The position numbers were made by a program, and so were the translations under genes. Shown here in pieces: positions 52,327 through 61,761 of a stretch of DNA of 64,000 bases. The notes beneath the pieces are model-generated. The model saw only the letters and a list, made by a program, of their open reading frames with translations, was not told the origin of the DNA and ran no database searches. The DNA lies in contig CAVPHW010000020.1 in the NCBI GenBank assembly GCA_963704835.1, forward strand, positions 282,820-346,819, in the 5' to 3' direction. Each line of letters begins with the position of its first letter. The stretch's first letter is position 1. Source of the DNA: an uncultured Ignavibacteriales bacterium. GTDB lineage: Bacteria; Bacteroidota; Ignavibacteria; Ignavibacteriales; Melioribacteraceae.

Positions 52327-53593
52327 ATGAATACTCAATATAAGTATAAATGTTATGAATGTAAGATAGAATATTCTTCTGAAGAGATTGAGCGAAAGCT
52401 ATTATACCTTTGTCCTATTTGTGGCAAAACTGAACGCAACAAACCACTTAAAGGTGTGCTTCAAATTATTTATGAATATTACAAAATAAGCAATGAAATT
52501 GATAGAAATGTATTCTTGAGAAATAGAGCTGGTAGTTTTTGGAAATATCCTTATTTATGGCCTCTTGAAATTCACAATAATAGTTTTCTAAGAATTACAT
52601 CTGATCAATTAGAAAAATTACAACTAAATGAAAACCCAATATCTTCCATCAAATTTGAAGATAATAAACTACTGTTGTTTGATGATTCTAGGAATCCTAC
52701 ACTTTCTTATAAAGATAGGGCAACCTCATTAGTTGTATTAAAAGCAATTCAACTTGGGATAACTGAAATTGCTGCAGCCTCAACCGGAAATGCTGGTTCT
52801 TCACTTGCTGGAATTTGTGCAAAATTAGATATAAAAGCACATATCTTTGTCCCAAAAACAATTCCTGAAAGTAAAAGAATTCAGATTCAATCATATGGAG
52901 CTAATATTTATTTATTGGATGGGAGTTATGATGATGCATTTGATTTATGTCTGGAGGTTTCAGAGAATAAAGGTTGGTACAATAGGAACACAGCTTATAA
53001 TCCTTTAACAATAGAAGGTAAAAAATCAGCAGCGTATGATATATTTATTTCTTGCGAAGGAAATATTCCAGATTATATATTTGTTCCAGTGGGAGATGGA
53101 GTGATTATTAGTGGAATTTATAAAGGATTTTGGGACTTAAAACAACTTGGTTGGATTGATAAGATTCCACGACTTATTGGTGTTCAGGCTTCTGGTAGTG
53201 ATGCAGTAATTCGTTACATTTCAACTAATAAATTTGAATTTGTTGAATCCTCATCTATTGCGGACAGTATTTGTGCAGGTGCACCAAGGAATCTATTTAT
53301 GGCGGTTAACTCAATAATCGAAAGTGATGGTTGCGCGCTTTCTGTTAGTGATGAAGAAATATTAATCAGCCCAAAAAATTCTAGCTAATAAATATGGTGT
53401 ATTAGCGGAACCTTCAGCAGCAGCTACTTTGGCAGGTTATAAAAAGTATAAAATAGAAAATAGTATTAGTGAAAATTCCAAAGTGATGTTAATGATTACT
53501 GGTAATGGGCTTAAAGATATGTTATCATTATCTAAGTGGAACAATGAACCAGAAATTAAGTGTTCAGATGAATGGAAGGAAATATTATTTTAA
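52327..53593 (+). pseudogene. threonine-synthase-like PLP enzyme with N-terminal zinc ribbon, one frame break near the 3' end
   Basis: It has CxxC-x16-CxxC at residues 9-32, a PLP lysine in PTLSYKDRA and the loop STGNAGSS. The C-terminal AQKILANKYGVLAEPSAAATLAGY... continues in the +1 frame from about 53366-53388 to TAA at 53591-53593. Confidence 0.75.
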
Positions 53594-53649
53594 TTCTAAA
53601 TTTTCGGTTAATTGAAAAGCGAAGATATTTCAGTGATAAAAATCATTCC

Positions 53650-54064
53650 TTCGATATGACAGTTCTTTTAATTTGTCATTTCGAACATGATTCGTGTGAG
53701 AAATCTCTTAACCTATTTGTTGTTTCTATATGAAAAATTAGTACATCTATATAATTATAAATAAGTATAGCACAGTTCTATACATAGGTATAACAAATAA
53801 TCTTGATCGAAGATTATTTGAACACAAACATAAACTTGTTGATGGATTCTCAAAAAAATATAATTTAACAAAACTGGTTTTCTTTGAGTTAACCAACAAC
53901 ATAAATTCTGCTATACAGAGAGAAAAGGAAATTAAAAAGTGAAGACGAGAGAAGAAAAACAAATTATTAGAGTCTATGAATCCTAATTGGGAAAACTTAA
54001 TTGAAAATAGTAAAGAACAGATTTCTCGGTCGAATGAAAAATCTATTCTCACTCGAAATGACAA
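53650..54064 (+). mobile_element. GIY-YIG cassette bounded by inverted TGTCATTTCGA...GAGAAATCT repeat units
   Basis: The upstream unit is TGTCATTTCGA-N13-GAGAAATCT (53674-53706), preceded by its own hairpin partner TTCGATATGACA (50-61 of 536xx). The downstream unit has the same ends in inverse orientation (AGATTTCTC 54019-54027 ... TCGAAATGACA 54053-54063). The two units flank a GIY-YIG ORF. Confidence 0.6.
53730..54018 (+). pseudogene. GIY-YIG nuclease-family (COG2827-like) gene with two in-frame stop codons
   Basis: It reads MKN-TAG-YIYIIINKYSTVLYIGITNNLDRRLFEHKHKLVDGFSKKYNLTKLVFFE...REKEIKK-TGA-RREKKNKLLESMNPNWENL. TAG at 53739-53741 sits at a usual Tyr, and TGA at 53940-53942 sits at the conserved Trp of the KKW motif. 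Confidence 0.75.
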
Positions 54065-54656
54065 TCGAAAAATAGAAGGAGTTATAATTTCTGCAGGTGT
54101 ATCTAGTAGAATGGGAAAGTTTAAGCCTCTACTTAAGTATCATGGAGAAACCTTTTTGGTTGGCATTATCAATAAACTTTTGAAAATTTGTAATAACGTA
54201 ATTGTAGTGACCGGTTTTAAATTTCAAAAAATCGAAAGTATAGTTTCAGAAAATGAATTAAATTTTAAGGGTAGAGTTAAATGTATTCATAATTCTAGTT
54301 ATGAGAAAGGCATGTTTAGTTCTATAGTAACTGGATTAAAAGTTATTGAAGAAGACAGTTGGACTCTGTATCATTTAATTGATCAACCAAATCTTCCCGT
54401 CAAATTCTACGAAGAGTTTATTTCTCAAATCGATAATTCATTTGACTGGATTCAACCAACTTTTGAAGCTCAGAAAGGACACCCAATTTTAATAAATAAA
54501 AAAGTAATTAAGAAAATATTAAACTCTGAAATTGAGTCAAATCTTAGAATAATTTCTGCTTCAGACGAAATACGAAAAAAATATTGGGATTGTGGTTTTA
54601 GTGAAATTCTAACTGATTTAGATTTCCCAGAAGATTATAAGAAAATAAGTGAGTAG
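53976..54656 (+). CDS. mocA: MobA/MocA-like molybdenum cofactor nucleotidyltransferase (start uncertain)
   Basis: The core begins at about 54075 (IEGVIISAGVSSRMGKFKPLL). The only in-frame canonical start is the ATG at 53976, which lies inside the GIY-YIG tail. Confidence 0.65.
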   Translation: MNPNWENLIENSKEQISRSNEKSILTRNDNRKIEGVIISAGVSSRMGKFKPLLKYHGETFLVGIINKLLKICNNVIVVTGFKFQKIESIVSENELNFKGRVKCIHNSSYEKGMFSSIVTGLKVIEEDSWTLYHLIDQPNLPVKFYEEFISQIDNSFDWIQPTFEAQKGHPILINKKVIKKILNSEIESNLRIISASDEIRKKYWDCGFSEILTDLDFPEDYKKISE

Positions 54657-54659
54657 CAT

Positions 54660-55208
54660 ATGCAAAAAAGAATAGTAAAATTCCTATTAGTAATATTTTT
54701 TTCACCGGCTATGTTTTTTTCTCAGACCAAAAATGAAACCATTATTAAAACTGTAGATTCCGTTGATTTACAAAAGTATATTGGTACTTGGTATGAAATA
54801 GCTAAAATCCCAAATTCATTTCAAGATCATTGTGTTAAAAATACTACCGCAAGTTATGAAATTAATGAAGAGGGGAATATTATAGTAGTAAATAAATGTA
54901 TTGATGAAGATGGTGAAATTGATGACGCTGAAGGATTAGCTAAAGTAGTCGATAAAAAAACAAACTCTAAATTAAAAGTAAGTTTTGTGAGTTTATTTGG
55001 ATGGCAACTATTTTGGGGTGACTATTGGATATTAGGCTTAGAGAGTAATTATAAATATGCAGTAATTGGAACTCCTTCAAGAAAATATGGCTGGATTTTA
55101 AGTCGTACTCCAAAAATGGAAAATTCAGATTTAGAAAATTGTTATCAAATATTTGAAAAGAATGGTTATGATAGACGCCATTTTGAACTTAGTTTGCAAG
55201 AGAATTAG
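54660..55208 (+). CDS. blc: bacterial lipocalin (Blc-like)
   Basis: 182 aa with a signal peptide and YIGTWYEIAKIPNSFQ ... YWILGL ... YAVIG ... WILSR motifs. Confidence 0.88.
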   Translation: MQKRIVKFLLVIFFSPAMFFSQTKNETIIKTVDSVDLQKYIGTWYEIAKIPNSFQDHCVKNTTASYEINEEGNIIVVNKCIDEDGEIDDAEGLAKVVDKKTNSKLKVSFVSLFGWQLFWGDYWILGLESNYKYAVIGTPSRKYGWILSRTPKMENSDLENCYQIFEKNGYDRRHFELSLQEN

Positions 55209-55281
55209 TATTCTCGGTTTAAATTTTAACATCTTGTTTTAGGATCAGATTTACCATTATTCAAAAAAATAAGGGGCAAGT

Positions 55282-56778
55282 TTGAATAATAAAATCGATG
55301 GAAGTGTAAATCAAAGGTTTTCATCTCGGATTGGATTTCTACTAAGTGCATTGGGAATTGCTGTTGGAACTGGAAATATTTGGCGATTCCCAAGAATAGC
55401 TGCTTCAAATGGTGGCGAAGAAGGCGCCGGAGCATTTTTAATCGCTTGGGCTGTAATTCTGTTTTTGTGGAGTATACCTTTAATTATTGCTGAATATGCT
55501 CTCGGACGGAAAAATAGAAAAAGTGTAATTGGTTCAATAGTTTCAACCATTGGGGAAAAATTTGGATGGATGGGGACATTTATTGCATTTGTTTCAACTG
55601 CCATATCTTTTTTTTATGCGGTTATAGTTGGGTGGTGTTTATTTTATTTTTTTCAAATGTTGTTCTTTCCTTTACCTAGTAGTACACAGAGTTCTGTTTT
55701 AATTTGGGATCAGTTTCAATCAAGTTATTGGCCATTATTATTTCATGCTATCGCAGTTGCTTTAGGAGCTTTAGCAATCTGGAAGGGTGTAAAATCAATA
55801 GAAAAGGTTAACAAAATACTGATTCCCTCATTGTTAATCATAATTATTATTTCATTAATTAGAGCACTTACTTTACCTGGTGCTTGGGCTGGAGTAGAAT
55901 ATTTATTTACGCCACAATTCAATCAACTTCTTGATTCTAAATTATGGTTAGAAGCATTAACACAAAATGCATGGGATACTGGAGCAGGTTGGGGTTTGTT
56001 TTTAACATATGCCGCATATATTAAAAGTAAGCATGGAGTAGTGAAGAATGCATTCACAACTGCAATAGGAAATAATGTAATTTCACTTTTTGCAGGATTG
56101 ATAATCTTTGGAACAGTATTTTCCATTTTGCAAACAGAGATGAGTTTAGCCAAACCTGAAGTTTTAGAAATAATGAAAAGTAGCGGTCCTGCTGCAACCG
56201 GCTTAACTTTTATTTGGTTGCCACAATTATTTTCAAAAATGATTTTTGGACAGTCATTAAGTATTTTATTTTTTCTCGGATTGACTTTCGCTGGATTTTC
56301 TTCATTAATCGCAATGCTTGAATTACCAACACGTGTTATGATTGATGCTGGTTTCGATAGAAAAAAAGCTATCATGATTGTGGTTTCGATTATTTATTTT
56401 CTTGGTATTCCATCAGCTATAAATTTAAACATACTAACAAACCAAGATTATGTTTGGGGTAACGCTCTTGTGTTATCAGGGTTTTTTATAGCCTTTACAA
56501 TAATTAAATATGGTTCCAGTGAATTTAGATTAAATCATATTAATTCATACAAGAATGATTGGAATATCGGCTCTTGGTGGGAAGTAGCGACAAAATACTT
56601 TGTCCCTATTTTATCAACAATATTGCTCGTCTGGTGGTTGTCAGAATCTTTATTAACTCTAAACTGGTATGATCCATTTGGACAATATACTTTCATGACA
56701 AATATTTTTCAATGGTTAGTTGTTATATTAATTGCTCTATTTTTGAAATATAAACGATTTACTAGTGGAGCTGAATAG
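55282..56778 (+). CDS. neurotransmitter:sodium symporter (NSS/SNF) family transporter
   Basis: 498 aa with the N-terminal FSSRIGFLLSALGIAVGTGNIWRFP signature and about 11-12 TM helices. TTG start. Confidence 0.9.
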   Translation: MNNKIDGSVNQRFSSRIGFLLSALGIAVGTGNIWRFPRIAASNGGEEGAGAFLIAWAVILFLWSIPLIIAEYALGRKNRKSVIGSIVSTIGEKFGWMGTFIAFVSTAISFFYAVIVGWCLFYFFQMLFFPLPSSTQSSVLIWDQFQSSYWPLLFHAIAVALGALAIWKGVKSIEKVNKILIPSLLIIIIISLIRALTLPGAWAGVEYLFTPQFNQLLDSKLWLEALTQNAWDTGAGWGLFLTYAAYIKSKHGVVKNAFTTAIGNNVISLFAGLIIFGTVFSILQTEMSLAKPEVLEIMKSSGPAATGLTFIWLPQLFSKMIFGQSLSILFFLGLTFAGFSSLIAMLELPTRVMIDAGFDRKKAIMIVVSIIYFLGIPSAINLNILTNQDYVWGNALVLSGFFIAFTIIKYGSSEFRLNHINSYKNDWNIGSWWEVATKYFVPILSTILLVWWLSESLLTLNWYDPFGQYTFMTNIFQWLVVILIALFLKYKRFTSGAE

Positions 56779-56799
56779 AATATTGAAAATATATATTTA

Positions 56800-57330
56800 C
56801 TACTTCACTCTTATTTCAATGCTTTCAATTGAGTTTTCTTTTGAGAAATGAAATGGCAGTTCATTTAGATCAATTCTGAAAGAATTTTTCGAAGGATAAA
56901 ATGTTATGTAAATACTAGATCTCTCAGCTTCGTCTTTTGCAAAAACAAATAACTTATCCTTAACCTTGCCAGAAACTACTTTAGCTAGGTAGGAACTATG
57001 TTTATCTTTAAAAGTTTGTGTTCTTTCTTGCAATATTGCGGAAGGAGAATCAGCTGCCAAAACATAATGTGTTGATTCTTTGGCAAAATTTCTAGTCTCT
57101 TTTTCTAATAGAATAATTTTTGCTTTATTTTGTGATTCAAGTTTTGCATTAATTTTATCAGAAATGGAAGTTGGAATATCCGCTTCTAAGTTACTTGATA
57201 ACTCAGACAACAAATCTAATTCAAATTTGAATAAATCTAAATTATTTTTAATATAATTCAACTTTTCTGGATTTAATTCTTCAGGATAAAATATAAACTT
57301 ATATAAATCATTTTCTGAAATAATATTCAT
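56800..57330 (-). CDS. hypothetical protein
   Basis: 176-aa intact ORF on the minus strand, divergent from the GNAT gene. No motif was recognised. Confidence 0.45.
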   Translation of the reverse strand: MNIISENDLYKFIFYPEELNPEKLNYIKNNLDLFKFELDLLSELSSNLEADIPTSISDKINAKLESQNKAKIILLEKETRNFAKESTHYVLAADSPSAILQERTQTFKDKHSSYLAKVVSGKVKDKLFVFAKDEAERSSIYITFYPSKNSFRIDLNELPFHFSKENSIESIEIRVK

Positions 57331-57598
57331 AACTTATTGTAATATAATTATATACAAAAAATAAGAAAATTAAATAAATTGTCAAATGAAATATTTTTAA
57401 AGATTATTAAGATTAGAAGTCCTAGAATTTATTTTTGACAATAAACAGATTTTTTTTAACTTTTATGTTTTATTTTGGTCTTAATTTATGTTTGTAAATT
57501 ATCGGCTTTATTATAAATTACTTTTCAGAATTTAATGTACTAATTTGAGTAATTTATATAATTAGTAAAATAATAATTAATATTTAGCGGTGGATTGA

Positions 57599-58312
57599 AT
57601 GAATGAAATAGAAAACAAAGTGCTTTCTGAGGTAAATCTTAAAGTATTAGCTAAAAATATTTATGAAGAATCTGTACAGATGGGGTTTGATTCAAGTGAC
57701 TATATTAAATTAACTAACGAAATTTTAGGAATGACCATCGATAATGAAATATCTAAAAATATCCCGATGGAAAAGATTGAAAAAAAATCGACTAAGAAAA
57801 TAAAATTGCCACTCACTACACAAAATTTAATAATTAGGAAATATTCCCCTGAAAAAGACAAGGAATATTTATCAAAATGGTTTGAAAACGATATTAGTAA
57901 ATTGTTTTTAATTTCAAATGAGTCAATGAAAGATTTAAACATTAACAACATTTTGTCCGATGATAAAAATATCTTTGTAACAATAACTCTAAAAAATAAT
58001 CACCCAATTGGGTTGTTGGCTGTACTTAGCATTGATAAGCAAAATAAAAAGGGTGAAATGCGCAAGTTAATTGGGGATTTGGAATACCGTGGAAAGGGTT
58101 ATGCAAAAGAAGCAACAAAAATTTGGATCGATTATTGTATTAATGTACTTGACTTGAATAAAATTTATATTAACACCATTGATACAAACATACGCAATAT
58201 TTCCTTAAATCGTCAATTAGGGTTCAAAATTGAAGGTTTATTGAAAAATGAATGTATCCTTGATGGTATTGAACATGATGTTCTAAGAATGGCTTATTTT
58301 AAGACAGAGTAG
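57599..58312 (+). CDS. GNAT family N-acetyltransferase with ~90-aa N-terminal extension
   Basis: The C-terminal ~150 aa have the RimJ/RimL-like GNAT pattern (LIGDLEYRGKGYAKEA, NIRNISLNRQLGFKIEG). The N-terminal region was not recognised. Confidence 0.7.
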   Translation: MNEIENKVLSEVNLKVLAKNIYEESVQMGFDSSDYIKLTNEILGMTIDNEISKNIPMEKIEKKSTKKIKLPLTTQNLIIRKYSPEKDKEYLSKWFENDISKLFLISNESMKDLNINNILSDDKNIFVTITLKNNHPIGLLAVLSIDKQNKKGEMRKLIGDLEYRGKGYAKEATKIWIDYCINVLDLNKIYINTIDTNIRNISLNRQLGFKIEGLLKNECILDGIEHDVLRMAYFKTE

Positions 58313-58385
58313 GTTTTTTGAATTGGAACAAGTCATATAAAAAAAATACCATTTTAATTAAATATTAAAATTATTTGGAGTAAAA

Positions 58386-60218
58386 ATGTGCGGAATTGTT
58401 GGATATATAGGTAGTAAAAACTGTGTTCCCATTATTGTAAATGGTTTAAGAATGCTCGAATACAGAGGTTATGATTCAGCTGGCATAGGAGTAATAAATG
58501 GAGATAATTGTTTAGTTCAGAAAAGTGTAGGGAAAGTCTCAATTCTTGACCAAGCATTAAAAACTTCCAACATTTCTTCTACAATAGGCATTGGTCATAC
58601 TCGATGGGCTACTCATGGAGCACCAACTGAACTTAATGCACATCCACATTTTAATGCAGATAAATCAATTTGTTTGATTCATAATGGAATAATTGAAAAT
58701 TATTCGGTTCTTAAAAAAGAACTTATATTAGAAGGTTATGAATTTATTAGCGAAACTGATACAGAAGTTCTTGTTCACTTGATTGATAGATTTTATCAGA
58801 ACGGAAATACTTTACTTAGATCGGTTAGAAAAGCTCTTACCGAAGTTGATGGAGCATACGGTTTGTGTGTAATTTCTTCTGATGAACCTGATAAAATTGT
58901 TGTTGCTCGGAAAGGATCTCCGTTAGTTATTGGAATAGGCAATGGCGAAAATTTTATTGCTTCTGATGTTAGTGCGTTGGTTGCACATACAAGCCAAGTT
59001 GTTTATTTAGATGATAATGAAATTGCAGAAGTTTATAATGATCACTTTAACGCTTTCACAATTACTGATGAATCAATTCAGAAAGAAGTTGAAGAAATAA
59101 CCGTAACTCTGGAAGAAATTAGTAAAGGTGGTTATAATCATTTTATGATGAAAGAAATTATGGAGCAGCCAGAATCCATAACAAACTCAATGAGAGGAAG
59201 AATACTTCTTGCTGAAGGCACGGTAAAATTAGGTGGTTTGTTAAATGTACAAGATAAATTAGCAAATGCAAAAAGAATCATTATTTGTGCTTGCGGCACG
59301 TCCTGGCATGCAGGCTTAGTAGCGGAGTATATGATTGAACAATTTGCAGAAATTCCTGTTGAAGTTGAATATGCTTCAGAGTTTAGATATAGAAATCCGA
59401 TTGTTCAAAAAGATGATGCAATGATTTTCATTTCTCAAAGTGGTGAAACAGCTGATACCTTAGCCGCAATGAAAGAAGCTAAAAGAAGGGGTGCATTAGT
59501 TCTTGGCGTTTGTAATGTTGTTGGAAGTTCAATAGCAAGAGAAAGTGATGCTGGTGTTTATATTCATGCCGGACCAGAAATTGGAGTTGCTTCAACAAAA
59601 GCATTTACATCTCAGTTGGTAGTATTTGCTTTAATAACAGTATTACTTGCTCGCAAAAGACATATGAGCGAAATAGATGGGAAGAAAATTTTAACGGAAT
59701 TAAAGCAAATTCCAGCAAAAGTCGAGAAAATATTGCAACTAAATGATGAGATAGAGAAAATTGCAGAAAAGTTTGTAGATGCAAAGAATTTTCTTTATTT
59801 GGGACGTGGTTATAATTTCCCAGTTGCTCTGGAAGGAGCTCTTAAGTTAAAAGAGATTTCTTACATTCATGCAGAAGGATATCCAGCGGCTGAGATGAAA
59901 CACGGTCCAATTGCTCTTATTGATGAGAATATGCCTGCTGTGTTTTTAGCCCCAAATGATTCTGTTTACGATAAAATTATTAGCAATATTCAAGAAGTAA
60001 AGGCAAGAAAAGGTAAAATTATTGCAATTGCATCTGAAAGTGATAGCGAAATAGATTCCTTAGTTGATCATGTAATTAAAATACCTGAAACAATTAGAAT
60101 GTTAATGCCTATTCTAAATGTCATACCATTACAATTATTATCCTATCATATAGCAGTGAAGAAAGGATTAAACGTCGATCAACCTCGTAATTTAGCAAAA
60201 AGTGTTACAGTGGAGTAG
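58386..60218 (+). CDS. glmS: glutamine--fructose-6-phosphate aminotransferase
   Basis: 610 aa with the N-terminal nucleophile MCGIVGY, two SIS domains and the C-terminal ...LAKSVTVE. Confidence 0.97.
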   Translation: MCGIVGYIGSKNCVPIIVNGLRMLEYRGYDSAGIGVINGDNCLVQKSVGKVSILDQALKTSNISSTIGIGHTRWATHGAPTELNAHPHFNADKSICLIHNGIIENYSVLKKELILEGYEFISETDTEVLVHLIDRFYQNGNTLLRSVRKALTEVDGAYGLCVISSDEPDKIVVARKGSPLVIGIGNGENFIASDVSALVAHTSQVVYLDDNEIAEVYNDHFNAFTITDESIQKEVEEITVTLEEISKGGYNHFMMKEIMEQPESITNSMRGRILLAEGTVKLGGLLNVQDKLANAKRIIICACGTSWHAGLVAEYMIEQFAEIPVEVEYASEFRYRNPIVQKDDAMIFISQSGETADTLAAMKEAKRRGALVLGVCNVVGSSIARESDAGVYIHAGPEIGVASTKAFTSQLVVFALITVLLARKRHMSEIDGKKILTELKQIPAKVEKILQLNDEIEKIAEKFVDAKNFLYLGRGYNFPVALEGALKLKEISYIHAEGYPAAEMKHGPIALIDENMPAVFLAPNDSVYDKIISNIQEVKARKGKIIAIASESDSEIDSLVDHVIKIPETIRMLMPILNVIPLQLLSYHIAVKKGLNVDQPRNLAKSVTVE

Positions 60219-60440
60219 GTTTACCCTCTCCACTTCATTTTTCCTCAATTTAGACTAGACCCTCAAATTAAAATCACTTTCTTTTCTTTTTAAGTGATAA
60301 TTATAGTAGAATTAATGAAAAACTTTTAGTAATTTATCAGCTAAAATGCAAATGAATAATTAACAAAAAATAAACTATTCTAGATATTATAAATATATTT
60401 GCATAATATTGTATAATAATACATAACTTACGGAGATTTT

Positions 60441-61761
60441 ATGTCCAAAAAAAATATTCTTATTATGGGAGCAGCTGGTAGAGATTTTCACAATTTTAAT
60501 GTGATGTTTAGAGATAACGAAAATTATAATGTGGTTGCATTCACTGCAACTCAAATTCCAAATATTGATGGAAGAATGTATCCGGCTGAATTAGCGGGTA
60601 AATTATATCCTGGAGGCATTAAAATTTATGATGAATCGGAACTAGTTGATCTAATATCTAAATTAAATGTTGAAGAAGTAATATTTGCGTATTCTGATGT
60701 TCCGTTTAATTATGTAATGACAAAAGCTTCAATTGTGAATGCTGCTGGAATTTCTTTTAGACTTTTGGGTGCAGAAGAAACAATGGTTAAAAGTAGCAAA
60801 CCCGTTATATCAGTTTTAGCTACTAGAACGGGATGTGGTAAATCTCAAACATCAAGAAAAATTGTTAAAATTTTAAGAGAATCGGGTAAAAAAGTTGTAG
60901 CTATTCGCCATCCAATGCCTTATGGGGATTTAGTTAAGCAAAAAGTTCAACGTTTTGCAGCTTTGGAAGATCTAAAAAAACATGATTGTACAATAGAAGA
61001 AATAGAAGAATATGAACCACATATTGCTCTTGGCGGTGTTATTTATGCAGGTGTAGATTACGAAGCAATTTTACGTGAAGCAGAAAAAGAAGCTGATGTT
61101 ATCCTTTGGGATGGCGGAAATAATGATATGTCTTTCTTATAAAGCAGATGTAACATTTACTGTTGTCGATCCTCATCGTCCAGGACATGAATTGTCTTAC
61201 TATCCTGGAAATACATCTTTAAGAATGGCAGATGCAGTTGTAGTAAATAAAATTGATTCAGCCGATGCAAAGGATATTTTAACAGTGATTAATAATGTGA
61301 GAATGGTTAATCCGACAGCCACAATAATTGAAGGTGCTTCTCCATTAATAGTTGATAAACCAGAGTTAATAATGGGCAAAAGAGTACTAGTTGTTGAAGA
61401 TGGTCCAACTTTAACACACGGTGAAATGAAATATGGCGCTGGAACTGTTGCTGCCCAAAAATTGGGAGCAAAAGAAATAGTTGATCCGCGTCCTTTTACT
61501 GTAAAATCTATTACAGAAACATACAAAAAATATCCAAATATTGGTGTTCTATTACCTGCAATGGGGTATGGTGAAGACCAAATGAAGGATCTTGAACAAA
61601 CAATAAATAATGTTGATTGTGATTCTGTTATAATTGGAACCCCAATTGATTTAGGCAGAATATTGAAAATTAATAAGCCATCAACAAGAGTTATGTATGA
61701 ATTACAAGAAATTGGTAATAATACAGTTGAGTCAGTTTTGAAGGTAAAAGGAATTATATGA
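60441..61761 (+). pseudogene. COG2403-type P-loop protein (cyclic 2,3-diphosphoglycerate synthetase-like 'predicted GTPase'), one frame break
   Basis: ORF 60441-61142 (P-loop ATRTGCGKSQTS ... WDGGNND) continues in the +1 frame in ORF 61075-61761 (KADVTFTVVDPHRPGHE...). The join lies at about 61130-61142. Confidence 0.6.

Noticed and set aside
53940-53942. In-frame TGA at a conserved Trp position of the GIY-YIG ORF, as possible TGA=Trp recoding or selenocysteine
   Set aside because: Other genes in the window terminate normally at TGA (for example 6711-6713), and no other ORF needs TGA read-through. The same ORF also carries an in-frame TAG. A TGG-to-TGA point mutation is the simplest explanation.
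53747-54064. 105-aa minus-strand ORF overlapping the GIY-YIG cassette
   Set aside because: The plus strand carries a clear family match (GIY-YIG). The minus-strand product is low-complexity F/L/S-rich with no motif.
57379-57441. TTGTCAAA ... TTTGACAA inverted repeat in the divergent promoter region between the hypothetical gene and the GNAT gene
   Set aside because: The arms are short (8 nt) and AT-rich, separated by about 47 nt. There is no supporting regulator or second copy.
58313-58385. glmS ribozyme upstream of glmS
   Set aside because: Only about 70 nt of AT-rich spacer is available and none of the conserved ribozyme core sequence is present.
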